Sequence record: PZ386967.1
Strand: one strand, 5' to 3'
From: a phage
Length of the DNA: 64,000 nucleotides
Position 1 is the first letter of the stretch. Every line of letters begins with the position of its first letter. A program made the position numbers and the translations under genes. Below, piece by piece: positions 28,835 through 39,103 of this stretch. The notes under the pieces were generated by a model, which had not been told where the DNA came from, searched no databases, and was given only the letters and a program-made list of their open reading frames with translations.

Positions 28835-29341
28835 TTATTTGTCAGGGTTCACTAAAACAGGGGTGGATACCAGTTCGCCGTTCTTCACAGAATGCTGGAC
28901 TACAACAAACTGATCGACCATGCGATATACTTCAATTCCAGCAGCCAGCATGTCAATAATGCCGTCTATGATACGATATGGTCGGTCATAGAACACTTTA
29001 GCGATCTTGCCACTGTCGATAATACGACGGGTGCACTCTGGGCATGGACTATGAGTGACAAACATCACTAGGCCACAACAGTCTTCAGTGTGCTGGGGGA
29101 GTTTGCTCAGAGCATTCTCCTCGGCGTGGATAACACCCACCGATACCAGTTGACCGTCTACTTCCTTCTCACAGACATTAGGAGCGCCAGGAGCAGTCCC
29201 GTTCCAACCGATAGACAGGGGCTGGTCAACACGCGGGTCAACGATAACACAGCCGACCTTCAGGCGCTGGGCATAGCTGGACAGGGCGTATGCATGAGCC
29301 GAGCGCATATGCGCAAATAACATACGGGGTTTGATAGCCAT
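28835..29341 (-). CDS. cd: dCMP deaminase (cytidine/deoxycytidylate deaminase family)
   Basis: Zinc motifs HAEENAL and SPCPECTRRI; ORF track start 29344 is GTG, adjacent ATG at 29341. Confidence 0.7.
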   Translation of the reverse strand: MAIKPRMLFAHMRSAHAYALSSYAQRLKVGCVIVDPRVDQPLSIGWNGTAPGAPNVCEKEVDGQLVSVGVIHAEENALSKLPQHTEDCCGLVMFVTHSPCPECTRRIIDSGKIAKVFYDRPYRIIDGIIDMLAAGIEVYRMVDQFVVVQHSVKNGELVSTPVLVNPDK

Positions 29342-29655
29342 CACATCACCAGTTTCTTTTCAAGGAGGAAGATCATGTCGTCTTGGTCTGCACGACCAAA
29401 GATCTGACCCATGGCGACCATCTGGTGGACTTCCCTGACAATGATTTCTTTACCAGGAGTAACTTCATCCAGGTCCATGATAGTGCTGACGCGGTCTACC
29501 ATGCGCGGCGGGTGATTAATGTAGCGCTGCAGGTACTTCTCGCGAGTGGCAATCAGGTTGTTCAGCTCGGAGATTTCAGACTCTTCTTCTGAGAAGCGCT
29601 TTTCCTTCGCCTGCAGTTCAGCCAGGCGCTCATACATTTCTTTTAATGGGGTCAT
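29341..29655 (-). CDS. hypothetical coiled-coil protein
   Basis: 104-aa ORF; promoter-like box/hairpin about 36 nt upstream. Confidence 0.4.
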   Translation of the reverse strand: MTPLKEMYERLAELQAKEKRFSEEESEISELNNLIATREKYLQRYINHPPRMVDRVSTIMDLDEVTPGKEIIVREVHQMVAMGQIFGRADQDDMIFLLEKKLVM

Positions 29656-29724
29656 TTCCGGTTCCTCTTAATAAACGAAGGGAAGTATATACTCCCCCTT
29701 CTTCAATAACCGCTGAATCTTTAT

Positions 29725-30105
29725 TCAGAGATAAGATTTACCGAGTTCGGTCAGGCGATAGAACGTCACCTCAGTGTTCGGCCAGTTCACGTAAGAACCG
29801 TCATGAACCATTGAGCCAGCTGGTTCGATCAACCCCTTGGCGAGCAGGGAAGCCCCAGTGCGGGGGTTGCCTTTGACGGAGGTGAAACCACCAGCGTTCG
29901 GGCATACCTGGAACGTCCAGACGGTGTTGCCCTTGTCATTGGTCCAGGATTTGGGATGAAAGTACCATTCACCATAACGGTAATGACCTTTCTCAAAGTT
30001 CAACATTCCTAAAAGGACGCAGAGTTGATGTCCTGTGATGCGCGGCTTTTTCATGACAATACTCCTTTCAGAGCTAAAACGGAAAGCACACCAATAATCA
30101 ACCAT
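29725..30105 (-). CDS. hypothetical protein
   Basis: 126-aa ORF. Confidence 0.35.
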   Translation of the reverse strand: MVDYWCAFRFSSERSIVMKKPRITGHQLCVLLGMLNFEKGHYRYGEWYFHPKSWTNDKGNTVWTFQVCPNAGGFTSVKGNPRTGASLLAKGLIEPAGSMVHDGSYVNWPNTEVTFYRLTELGKSYL

Positions 30106-30368
30106 GTCGGGATAATTGGCTTGCAGTTCATGTGGGTTTCTCCACCTTCGATGTTCGGGCTTCCTTGTATAAGAACGTGTTCACAGGAAGCTCTGAACGT
30201 CATTACACAGCCCATCAACACAATTGGCCTGATATAATAACCCGTTTTAGTTTGCTTCACGATACATGGAGAGGAGAAGCGCAGATATGGATCCCCTTTC
30301 CGGTAGCCTGTGATTGTGACCTTCTGCACTTCAGAAGGCACTTTTTGGCCAGGAAAATAAATTTTCAT
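30051..30368 (-). CDS. hypothetical protein (start uncertain)
   Basis: 105-aa ORF overlapping neighbour. Confidence 0.25.
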   Translation of the reverse strand: MKIYFPGQKVPSEVQKVTITGYRKGDPYLRFSSPCIVKQTKTGYYIRPIVLMGCVMTFRASCEHVLIQGSPNIEGGETHMNCKPIIPTWLIIGVLSVLALKGVLS

Positions 30369-30943
30369 ATTTCAATCCCCAGATTGGTGTATAACAACTC
30401 AGACAGGGTTACAGGACGCTTGAATTGTTCCCAGCTGCAGTTCAGGTATTCGCGCTCTTCACGCATTTCACCGTGAAGATGGCCATGGATATTATACGCC
30501 CAGCGGTCTAATTGATAAGGAACGTGAGTGGTCAGCACACGACCAACCGGAGTATCACGCTCATACATCGCACCAAAGGAGCTAATCCATCCCTCTTGAT
30601 ACAGCTGCATCAACATCTTGAATTTGTCATGGTTGCCTTGCGCCACCCTGATGATAAAGTTCGGTCGCCAGTCATCAGGGACGGGGCGGCGCTTGAACTC
30701 ATCAATATTCCGCTTGGCACCCTCGCGCATCAGGCGAATGAACCCCTCAGCCCCGATGAAGCAGATGTCCCCAGCCAGTTCAAGGACGTCTCGGGACTTC
30801 AGCCCCTGAAAGATACTGTCGATAACTGCAGCATCATGTGCCTCTTGGGTATCGAACCCACGGGGCTTGAAGATCTTCTTGTGTCCGAGGTGAGTGTCGC
30901 CCAGATACTTTACAATTCCTGCCATTATGGTCTCCTCAACCAT
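30365..30943 (-). CDS. calcineurin-like metallophosphoesterase (Ser/Thr phosphatase-like)
   Basis: GDTHLG, GNHD and HGHLHG metal-binding motifs. Confidence 0.55.
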   Translation of the reverse strand: MVEETIMAGIVKYLGDTHLGHKKIFKPRGFDTQEAHDAAVIDSIFQGLKSRDVLELAGDICFIGAEGFIRLMREGAKRNIDEFKRRPVPDDWRPNFIIRVAQGNHDKFKMLMQLYQEGWISSFGAMYERDTPVGRVLTTHVPYQLDRWAYNIHGHLHGEMREEREYLNCSWEQFKRPVTLSELLYTNLGIEI

Positions 30944-31353
30944 TCTAAAATCGGTACGTTCACAAACCCTTTATGCCAGCGATGGGGTTTATGGCCTCTG
31001 TTGTGTTCGAGCAAACACGTATCCGGTGGGACACTGAAGTGGATGCCTTCGATGTCGTAGTAATGCCCATCAATCAGAGTATACACATGACCTTCGGTCT
31101 GACTGTAATGGATCTCTGCTTGGGGATACACGTGCTTCAGAAGTAGAGCAACCTGGTAACACTTCCCGTTCTTCCCCACGTACTCGACATCCACCTGTTG
31201 TGGAAACACATCTTTGATAAGGTTTATCAATCTCGTGATGTCATTTACGACAACCGAACGTTTCATATCACCTCTCCCGAGGATTCGTTGGTGAACCAAT
31301 GATACTCTATCCCGGATATAGAAAAGCCCCTCACGGGGCTTGATCGTCTTCAT
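30925..31353 (-). CDS. hypothetical protein
   Basis: 142-aa ORF. Confidence 0.35.
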   Translation of the reverse strand: MKTIKPREGLFYIRDRVSLVHQRILGRGDMKRSVVVNDITRLINLIKDVFPQQVDVEYVGKNGKCYQVALLLKHVYPQAEIHYSQTEGHVYTLIDGHYYDIEGIHFSVPPDTCLLEHNRGHKPHRWHKGFVNVPILEWLRRP

Positions 31354-31633
31354 CAGGGAATATACGCCATCGACCTATTCCATACCACTCACCGATAGAG
31401 TTCCATGTCCTTTCCCCAGGCCAGCCGCCGACCGAGTAGTAATGCGTCACCAGCCGCCAGTAAGGAAGAGAGGCCGTGTTCACGCCGCCGTCGGCCTTTA
31501 GGCAGGCCAAGTACCAATTCGTGAGACTGAACGCCTGAAATAACGGATGAAGGAACATGAAGTACAGGTAGCCCAATATGGCTGTGAATACCCCAGCTGT
31601 TACGATCACACCGATGACAGTGAATACAATCAT
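31331..31633 (-). CDS. small membrane protein (hypothetical)
   Basis: Hydrophobic N-terminal helices. Confidence 0.3.
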   Translation of the reverse strand: MIVFTVIGVIVTAGVFTAILGYLYFMFLHPLFQAFSLTNWYLACLKADGGVNTASLPYWRLVTHYYSVGGWPGERTWNSIGEWYGIGRWRIFPDEDDQAP

Positions 31634-32262
31634 CCCACAACCTCCAGACCCATCAGATCTTCCATGGTCTTCTGAATACGCAGCCAGTCAAGCGCAGCGT
31701 CATAACGAGGGTCATGATAGACCATACCTTCCAGTTCCCACGCCTTGATACCAGCATACCGATCCTGCTGTCCAACACCCTTCAGCCAACTCACGATGTC
31801 GAAGGTGTGGTGGTAGTCCCAAGGCTCGTTGGAGTCCTGCTTACATGTCACCTCAATGATGTGCTGAGCCTTGCGCAGATCAAACAGGTTGCGATCACAC
31901 CAGTCGACCGAGCGCGGGTCTACCCCAAGACGATGACAACCCTTGCGGATTTCATCGGCCAATTGGAAGATAGAGATGTCATCTTCCTTGGGGTACAGAC
32001 TGACTGCGCGAGCCGCATCACACGGGTTACGTTTACCCGCCCCCAACCACCATTCTACCGTCCCAGCGTCCTTCACGCGACCAAGTTCGAGCTGCTCTTT
32101 GACATTCAGCTTAATGAACGTCGTGCGCTCCTCAACCAGCTGCTGAAGAGTATAACGCTTGGTCAGGTCGGCGATGGTGTGCGCCCAAGACAGCATGACT
32201 GCATCATCCCAGCGCCCCAAGGTTTCACTGTCGGCCACAGCCAAAAAATTTGATTTATACAT
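31630..32262 (-). CDS. dexA: DEDD-type 3'-5' exonuclease (T4 DexA-like)
   Basis: Exo I motif AVADSETLG, GTVEWW block and C-terminal HDPRYDAALDWL resemble remembered DexA blocks. Confidence 0.5.
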   Translation of the reverse strand: MYKSNFLAVADSETLGRWDDAVMLSWAHTIADLTKRYTLQQLVEERTTFIKLNVKEQLELGRVKDAGTVEWWLGAGKRNPCDAARAVSLYPKEDDISIFQLADEIRKGCHRLGVDPRSVDWCDRNLFDLRKAQHIIEVTCKQDSNEPWDYHHTFDIVSWLKGVGQQDRYAGIKAWELEGMVYHDPRYDAALDWLRIQKTMEDLMGLEVVG

Positions 32263-32506
32263 GTTTATTCTCCCAACACTTTATTTTGGCTTTTACTGTA
32301 TAATAATTTTCATCAATGAACTTTTTGTTGACGCGCTTAATTTCTATCTCTGGGCAAAGTAACCCTATAGTTTCCCTCAAAATCTGGCTCACCCTGGCCT
32401 GTGAAATACAATAAATTTCTGATACTTCTTTCGAACTAGTTCCAGACATGACAAGTTTTAGAATATTGACCTTTTTATAAAATTCTTGATCAAACGCACA
32501 TATCAT
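32255..32506 (-). CDS. small HTH DNA-binding protein (sigma region-4 / Fis-like)
   Basis: SKEVSEIYCISQARVSQILRE helix-turn-helix. Confidence 0.4.
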   Translation of the reverse strand: MICAFDQEFYKKVNILKLVMSGTSSKEVSEIYCISQARVSQILRETIGLLCPEIEIKRVNKKFIDENYYTVKAKIKCWENKHV

Positions 32507-32509
32507 TAT

Positions 32510-33124
32510 TCACCCCTCCTCGTCGATGATTTCTTGCTCATCTTCGACAATCATGATACCTTCTGCGTCCAGATGAGAAAGTTCCATCAGATCATTATCG
32601 AATCCGTCTCCTTCCCTGATATAGAAGACTGGGACGACACGACGGCGGGTCTCTTCATACACGCTTTCAGAGATTCGATTGATATGGCGTACTACACTGT
32701 AGAGGTTCAGGCCACCAATACCACAGCCGATAGCAGGCAGGCCGACATAGACAGTTTCGTCTTTAGTTGCTTCCACAATTTCATGCACCTGCTCAAACAG
32801 GGTCTGAACAGAACTGATGACAGACGGCATGCGAGCGTTCGGGCCTGGATAAAACTGAGTGTAGAGGTTCGCGCCCCAAACGCCCTTGCTGTGGTCAAAT
32901 GCATAGGACATACCACCCAGGCGTTGCTCTGGACCACGAGGGTCGTTCGCATCGACTTCGCGCAGCGCTGGGAAGTTGTTGCCGATGTGCAGAGCAATGC
33001 CCGCACCCATGGTAGACCAGCAGTTGGCACCGTGGGCAAAGATGTCGATCAGATTGAAGCTACAGGCGGCTTTCAGTAGATCGCCGCCATTGATTACATA
33101 TGTGGTCATGCGTACTGTCTCCAT
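32510..33124 (-). CDS. macro-domain protein (ADP-ribose binding/hydrolase family)
   Basis: VINGGDLL...IDIFAHGANCWSTMGAGIA matches the macro-domain N-A-A-N...G-G-G-V signature. Confidence 0.55.
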   Translation of the reverse strand: METVRMTTYVINGGDLLKAACSFNLIDIFAHGANCWSTMGAGIALHIGNNFPALREVDANDPRGPEQRLGGMSYAFDHSKGVWGANLYTQFYPGPNARMPSVISSVQTLFEQVHEIVEATKDETVYVGLPAIGCGIGGLNLYSVVRHINRISESVYEETRRRVVPVFYIREGDGFDNDLMELSHLDAEGIMIVEDEQEIIDEEG

Positions 33125-33348
33125 TCAATAATGCTGTTGTCAACACATGACACTTGGATGATGCCTGTGCGGTGGTGATAATCAGTCATCTGCATGATAA
33201 AGTTGTTCCCATTGCGGATAATGGTGTTGACAACGATACCCTTGGCAGCAAGGCGTATTACAATGGCAGTGCAAAGACGGTCCATGTAACCGGACACAGA
33301 ACCTGGTTCGAAGCATCGCTCGAACAGATTTTCAAATTCTGGGCTCAT
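33106..33348 (-). CDS. hypothetical protein
   Basis: 80-aa ORF. Confidence 0.3.
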   Translation of the reverse strand: MSPEFENLFERCFEPGSVSGYMDRLCTAIVIRLAAKGIVVNTIIRNGNNFIMQMTDYHHRTGIIQVSCVDNSIIEWRQYA

Positions 33349-33398
33349 TTGATGTTACCAAACAAGAGGTCGAGGCGGTAATAATACCGCCTTTTTCT

Positions 33399-33809
33399 TC
33401 AATAGAGGTCTTCGGAAAAGAGTTCGCGGAATGGGGTTGTCTTCAGGCGCACCTGATTGATCTGTCCAGCTTCACGGGCTACGATGCATGCCTCTTCACG
33501 AGTAAGGAAGTTGCCCTGGTTGTCGATGAATCCCTGTTCGCGGGTATGGGTGGATTTAATGACGCCTGCCTCTTTCAGGATCTTGAGCTGGTTGTTCATG
33601 AATCGGCTGTGGTGACGGTCAGCAACGACGATTACATCACCATATTTGTTGGCGGCAGCGACCACACGACGCTCCCAGGCACCTTCGGCAGGAAGTTCAC
33701 GAGTGTACAGGGGAATCATCGTATCACCGATGTCATCCCCCTTCACCTGTGAGAACAACTTGCCTTCAGTTCCCGTTGGGAGTTCACGAAAATATCCCAG
33801 TAATTTCAT
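33399..33809 (-). CDS. hypothetical protein
   Basis: 136-aa ORF. Confidence 0.35.
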   Translation of the reverse strand: MKLLGYFRELPTGTEGKLFSQVKGDDIGDTMIPLYTRELPAEGAWERRVVAAANKYGDVIVVADRHHSRFMNNQLKILKEAGVIKSTHTREQGFIDNQGNFLTREEACIVAREAGQINQVRLKTTPFRELFSEDLY

Positions 33810-33860
33810 AATCTATTCAATCCAAATTTCAGGTTCAGAGATGTCGACCATATCCACTGT

Positions 33861-34091
33861 CTAGTTCTTCAGATCATGGAAACAGTCGCCGAGGAATTGT
33901 ATTTTGCCGTCGGTCAGGAATAGATGGCAAAATGATGCTGGATCAGTTGCATTCACCAGCAGGCTCGGTGTGAACGTAGGCTCAATAACATTGTTGTTCC
34001 ACGACCACATCGGACCTTGGGTTTCGCCCTTAATGTGATATAGATGAAGCATATCACACCCAGGACAATGAAAATACAAGGAATCATCCAT
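33861..34091 (-). CDS. small Cys-rich protein (hypothetical)
   Basis: 76 aa, HCPGCD...C motifs. Confidence 0.3.
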   Translation of the reverse strand: MDDSLYFHCPGCDMLHLYHIKGETQGPMWSWNNNVIEPTFTPSLLVNATDPASFCHLFLTDGKIQFLGDCFHDLKN

Positions 34092-34126
34092 AGACAGAAG
34101 TTTAGGGCTCAGAAGCTATGTTATGA

Positions 34127-34414
34127 TCAACCATCTACAGTGGCTTCAGGATCGTAGGGGCGCAGTTCACCAACCAGTTTCGGAAAGAGTGCAATCCCGA
34201 ACAGGTTGAAAGAACGCATAGTGCCGACCATTGCAACATCTTCCCCTTCCTCGATATCTTTCAGGGCGCACATTGGGTAATATTCATCGACCTCTGGGTC
34301 TTCCGTCTCACCATAGAGACCAAACGCTACCTCTTCTTTGATAAAGCGAGGAACCAAGATATCAAATAGGATAATGATGAATACCATAGGTGCTGCAGAA
34401 CGGAGATAGAACAT
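34127..34414 (-). CDS. small membrane protein (hypothetical)
   Basis: Hydrophobic N-terminus. Confidence 0.3.
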   Translation of the reverse strand: MFYLRSAAPMVFIIILFDILVPRFIKEEVAFGLYGETEDPEVDEYYPMCALKDIEEGEDVAMVGTMRSFNLFGIALFPKLVGELRPYDPEATVDG

Positions 34415-34455
34415 AGCACAACCCTCCAGGTGAGGAGGGGCGAACCCCTCCGATG

Positions 34456-35787
34456 TTATAGGCCAAGAGCCTTTTCAAGGTCATCAAGGTCTTCAGTGTA
34501 AAGATCGATGTCCTCTTTCTTACTTAATTCCTTGTGCTGTGCTTCAAGGTTCTCAATCTGCTTGAGTAGGCGCTCACGGGCATCCAGAGTAATAGACGAC
34601 AGAGGCATCTTGAACAACTCGTCAAGATCACCACCAAAGTCCGGGTAGTCCTGCATGAACAGAGACTTCAGCACGTCAATCTTTTGGCGGAGATCAACAC
34701 GCGTCGCCCATTCAATGAACACCGCCCGGTCACCCAGCTTGCGGATCCTGTCTGCCATGTCCTTCAACAGATACTGGCGACGGTCTTCATACCGTGACAG
34801 GCGATAATTGAAGAACGGCAGCAACATGTCCCGCCAACCAGAATAACGATGAATGACCCCGTCTTCATCCCAGGCCGTCCAAACAGGCTTGTTGGCTGAA
34901 TACAACTTGAACATCTGCTCAACCTGATTATCATCCAGCTTGGACAGTTCGCCGCGCTTAAACACAACCGTGATATCCCAGCCATCTTCCGTCGTGTCGT
35001 TGGCGTACTCGGTGAGGATACCTGCCTTGTACAGAGGCAGCAACACCTTGGTCTCATAGGTCTTGGCAAACCAACCCACTGGGACTTCGGTGATATGCAG
35101 GGTCGTGGCATTGACGCGACGGAAGATGCCGCGACTGTATGCTCTTCCTTCCTCAGTATAGCCTGTCTCTCCTTTGAAGCCGTTCCAGTACGGTTTTAAG
35201 TCTTTCGGGTCTTCGCCACGGAGAAGCGCTCTCAGGGCATTCAGCACGGACTTAACGCAATGACACGGGGTGTCGGTGGAATATCCGGTGCCGATACCAT
35301 TGATCCCATTCACCAGGAACATGGGTAGGATGGGCAGAAAGAACTTCGGCTCCAGTCTTTCTTCACCAAGGTAGTTGTATTCCAAAATACCCTCATCCTC
35401 CTTGCGGAAGATCTTGCGGATAACGTCAGATACAGCGACGGATATGTATCGGGCAGATGAAGCATCACGCCCCATGATAGAACCAAACTGGCCATCGCGG
35501 TCAAAGTACGGGATGTTGTTCGTGCCTGGGAACCCCTGAGCCATGTTCACGATAGTGCCGCTCATGTTCTCACCACCAGACTTGTAGTTGGTGCGAGCGG
35601 CGGCGAACATACCAAGGCGGTCAACAATCTCCTCCTTGTTGTACTCAAGAGCAGCGAAAAGGATCTTGCGCTGGCTTGGCTTGAGGCTGTCGATCAGCTG
35701 AGGGATTTGACGGATGCTGTTGACCACAGAAAACTGCTTATGGTCAGTGTTGACAAAGTCCGTTACAGTAATGCTCTTAGCAACCAT
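34456..35787 (-). CDS. 52: DNA topoisomerase II medium subunit (T4 gp52, GyrA-like)
   Basis: LKPSQRKILFAA resembles the GyrA LKPVHRRILYAM block; ORF track start 35868 overlaps gp39-like; ATG at 35787 follows the upstream stop by 2 nt with GAGGA SD. Confidence 0.7.
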   Translation of the reverse strand: MVAKSITVTDFVNTDHKQFSVVNSIRQIPQLIDSLKPSQRKILFAALEYNKEEIVDRLGMFAAARTNYKSGGENMSGTIVNMAQGFPGTNNIPYFDRDGQFGSIMGRDASSARYISVAVSDVIRKIFRKEDEGILEYNYLGEERLEPKFFLPILPMFLVNGINGIGTGYSTDTPCHCVKSVLNALRALLRGEDPKDLKPYWNGFKGETGYTEEGRAYSRGIFRRVNATTLHITEVPVGWFAKTYETKVLLPLYKAGILTEYANDTTEDGWDITVVFKRGELSKLDDNQVEQMFKLYSANKPVWTAWDEDGVIHRYSGWRDMLLPFFNYRLSRYEDRRQYLLKDMADRIRKLGDRAVFIEWATRVDLRQKIDVLKSLFMQDYPDFGGDLDELFKMPLSSITLDARERLLKQIENLEAQHKELSKKEDIDLYTEDLDDLEKALGL

Positions 35788-35788
35788 C

Positions 35789-37698
35789 TTATTCATCCTC
35801 AGTTTCAAACAGGCAAACATCGCTAAACCAGGTTTTACGGTAATCGGCAGCCTCATCACCGAAGCCATTCTTCAGTGACTGTTGGTAGCCATCGTCCAGC
35901 GTGACCGTCGTAGTATACGCATCTAGGTTGTTTAGAATACGTTTGAAGTCTTCAGTGCTGTTACCACCAAGACCTTTCAGATATTTCTTCTTCGTGATCT
36001 TCTTGGCATCAGGCGTCTTCAGGAACTCCTCATACTCGGCGTTGTTCATGAACTCATGCATCACCTTACCACACCACACACGCATGTAAGGGGTGCGCAG
36101 GAGCTTCAGCCTGCCCTGACGGACATACTCCGGCCAGTAGGTGCAATACAGGGTGATCAACAACCCACGGATGTGGATGCCGTCATCGTCCGCATCGGTA
36201 GCCACAACAGTCTGTGGGTAACGGGTGATATCAAGGGGCTGGCCTGGCACTGCGCCGCCATGGATCGTACACAGGTTCTTGAACTCTTCATTGTTCATCA
36301 CCTTTGAGCGCGGGGCGTTCAGGCAGTTGATGAACTTACCACGAAGCGGGAACAACCCGATCTTCTTGGTGTCGCGGGCGTTCAGGATAGGATTGGAGGC
36401 ACTATCACCCTCTGTCAGCAACAGGGAGCATCCGCTGCGGTCACCACGGGCGGTCGCCGGGTAATACTTCTCAATCTCACGATAATCCCGCTTGCTGATG
36501 TCCTTCTTGGCCTTTTCAAACTCAGCATCATCCTGCTCATTGCGCAGGGAAGCCAGTTCTTTGCTCAGACCAGCTGTAACGAACTCAAGCGCCTTGCGGA
36601 TCAGTTTATCACTGGGCTTGTACGACGTACCGAACTGGCTGACAGGAGTGGTCATGCGCTCCTTGGTCTGGCTGTCAAAGCGCGGGTTGTTGATGTCGGC
36701 AGCGATGAACAAGGACATGTGGTTCTTGATCATTGCTGGCTTCAGTTCGGTCTTGAACTTCTTCACCAGCTGGGGACGAATCGCTGCCACGATCTGGTCA
36801 GCAACATAATCAACGTGAGGACCACCGATGTGGGTGGCAATAGAGTTCACGTATGATGCGTGCATGAACGTACCGGATGAAGGGGCTACAGCAACAGACC
36901 AATCCCCGGTTTCGTCAACAGCCGAACCAGCATGGAAGTAATCAACGAAGTGGCCAAAGCGGTCAATCCGGATTTGCTTCCCGTTGAGAACAATCTTCAG
37001 GCGCGGGTTACACGCAGCCACTTCAAACGCGCGGCGATAGATCATCAGCAGGTTGTTCTGGTCAAGTCCTTTGACGCCCAGACGAGCATAGTCAGGGATC
37101 CAGGCGATGGATGTGCCAGGACTGTTCACGTTGCTGATGACTGGGTTAGATTTCTTGCTCATGTTGTCTTCAAACGTCTGAGTATAAGACTTCTTGCCGT
37201 CATTAGTCGTGACGCGGAACCATTTGGAGAACACGTTGACGAGGGACGCCCCTTCGCCATTCTGACCACCGGACTTCTGGTTGTTGTACTCTTCGTCTTC
37301 GTCGTTGAAGTTCGATCCCGCATATAGAGAGCCGAACAACATTTCAGGAAGCCACTCGTTGGTGACGCCATGCTTGACCACAGGGATACCCCCGTTGTCA
37401 GCAACGATGATTTGACCGTTCATCGGGGAAACTGTGACGGTGATTTCCGTCAGGGATTTGCCCTCAGGGGTCTTGCTGTGTCAACACAGTTGGTGATGAT
37501 TTCATCAAACTGTTTGATCAGCGCGGGGGAGTACTCAAAGTTGTCACGGAAGATGACTTTGTCCTTAGTTGGGTCATACACCCACACCGTCCCCACAGAC
37601 GAACGAATACTGCCCAGATGACGCTCTGGGCGGAGTAGGATATGCTCAACGTGAGTGAGCTTCTTGTACTTGCGTTCAATATCAATTTTGTTGGACAT
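35789..37698 (-). CDS. 39: DNA topoisomerase II large subunit (T4 gp39, GyrB-like ATPase + TOPRIM), reading frame interrupted near 37450-37470
   Basis: N-terminal fragment 37450..37698 carries the GHKL N-box context (ITNCVD); 35789..37423 carries IVADNGGIP, GSNFND and TOPRIM LLLTEGDSA. The frames are joined by a single-base shift at a C4 run (plus GGGG at about 37467-37470). Confidence 0.7.
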
Positions 37699-37747
37699 CG
37701 GCCTATCCCGTCAATGGTAAACACACAAGATTATGTATGGGGTCGGC

Positions 37748-38329
37748 TTATAGACCAAATTTGCTACGCCACTTTTCAACCTTGTGTTCAATAGCGTGCT
37801 CCACTTTAATGCGAGTGGCCATCAAAGAGGATCCATGGATCGCCCCTTCCCCACACCCCATGCGCGCAACATGCTTGATTAGGTCATTGACGAGTTGATC
37901 CAATCTGTCTTGACTGCGATAAGGCTGGTTGCACAACCGGATAATCCGGCCATGATAATGATGGATAAGATTCAGATGCTTTTGAGGATCACGATCAATC
38001 AGACGGAACCAGTCTTCTTCCAACAGATTAGAAGAAATATCGTTCACTGTCGCCATGTGGTTGATGACAGAGTCGATCATTTCGGCCTTGTTCATAGAGC
38101 CGCGCATTTGGACGTCGTCATAATCCATGACGTACAGAAGGTCAATAGCAGAGATAATGACATCAGCAACTTCGCCATTCAACGGCTCAGAAGATACTAT
38201 GCCATGAAACACATCAGACAGTTCACAGATCTCTTCACCTAGTTTGTTCAGAACAAACACAGGCGAGCGGTCTGGGGTATGAGCAGTGCAGTCATAAGAA
38301 GCGTCGACGATAGTGTGTAGAAATTTCAT
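37748..38329 (-). CDS. MazG-like nucleotide pyrophosphohydrolase (putative)
   Basis: LGEEICELSDVFHG...EVADVIISAIDLL resembles the MazG EExxE...ExxD helix pair. Confidence 0.45.
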   Translation of the reverse strand: MKFLHTIVDASYDCTAHTPDRSPVFVLNKLGEEICELSDVFHGIVSSEPLNGEVADVIISAIDLLYVMDYDDVQMRGSMNKAEMIDSVINHMATVNDISSNLLEEDWFRLIDRDPQKHLNLIHHYHGRIIRLCNQPYRSQDRLDQLVNDLIKHVARMGCGEGAIHGSSLMATRIKVEHAIEHKVEKWRSKFGL

Positions 38330-38829
38330 TTCAAAGTTCCTTGTATGCGGAGACGATTAATGTGGGCAATGATATAGTCCATAGAGTTTTGAAAACTGTA
38401 TTTCCCGTTCTGAACGTATGCATGGATCAGGGGTAGGCGACTGTACGCCAATCTGATCTTCAGACGTTCAGGCATTGTCTGGAGTTTCATACTAGTTGCA
38501 AATAGGATATCGCGCTTGAATTCTTCGGTAGACGGGTCCAGGACAATGACGCGGGAAGCCGCCAATCCCTGTCCATATTGCTTGGCCTCATAACCGTCGA
38601 GCAGGCGCAGGTTGTCATCCCTATACTTCAGCCAATACCAGTACCCCTCCATGGAGTTAAACACACCATGTTCATGGGTAGTCATTGGATGATGGGTAAA
38701 ATGCGAGAGGAAGCGCCCGAGTTCCGTCTGGCTCCGGCTGTAGATGTTGAAGTGATTCTTACCCTCTGTTGCAGGGGTCATCTTGTTCTGTGGAACGCTC
38801 ATTAACAGCATCATGATGTAGTTTCTCAA
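38326..38829 (-). CDS. hypothetical protein
   Basis: 167-aa ORF. Confidence 0.35.
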   Translation of the reverse strand: MRNYIMMLLMSVPQNKMTPATEGKNHFNIYSRSQTELGRFLSHFTHHPMTTHEHGVFNSMEGYWYWLKYRDDNLRLLDGYEAKQYGQGLAASRVIVLDPSTEEFKRDILFATSMKLQTMPERLKIRLAYSRLPLIHAYVQNGKYSFQNSMDYIIAHINRLRIQGTLK

Positions 38830-38856
38830 ATCAAAGTATTGCTGTGTGTAGCCAGT

Positions 38857-39054
38857 TTATTTCTTCACACACCCCAAATAGGAGCAGAGTAAACCGACAA
38901 CAGAAAATATAATGGCAAGAAGGTAACGAGTCACCTGCATTTGTGGTGTTGTAAGCAGGCCGATAACGCTTTCGAGCGCCAGGAACAAACACACCCCAGC
39001 GATTACACCGAATTTGAACGAATTACGTTCTCTGTTAATTCTGAACTTGTACAT
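38857..39054 (-). CDS. small membrane protein (hypothetical)
   Basis: Two hydrophobic helices in 65 aa. Confidence 0.3.
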   Translation of the reverse strand: MYKFRINRERNSFKFGVIAGVCLFLALESVIGLLTTPQMQVTRYLLAIIFSVVGLLCSYLGCVKK

Positions 39055-39103
39055 TGCGCACCTCCTGTTAGGGAAATAGGGGAGTTTCCTCCCCTATAAC
39101 TAT

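Noticed and set aside
37440-37480. Programmed ribosomal frameshift or bypass in the topoisomerase gene
   Set aside because: A +1 indel in a C4 homopolymer fully restores a canonical GyrB sequence, so sequencing error is more parsimonious; recoding is kept only as a lower-probability alternative.
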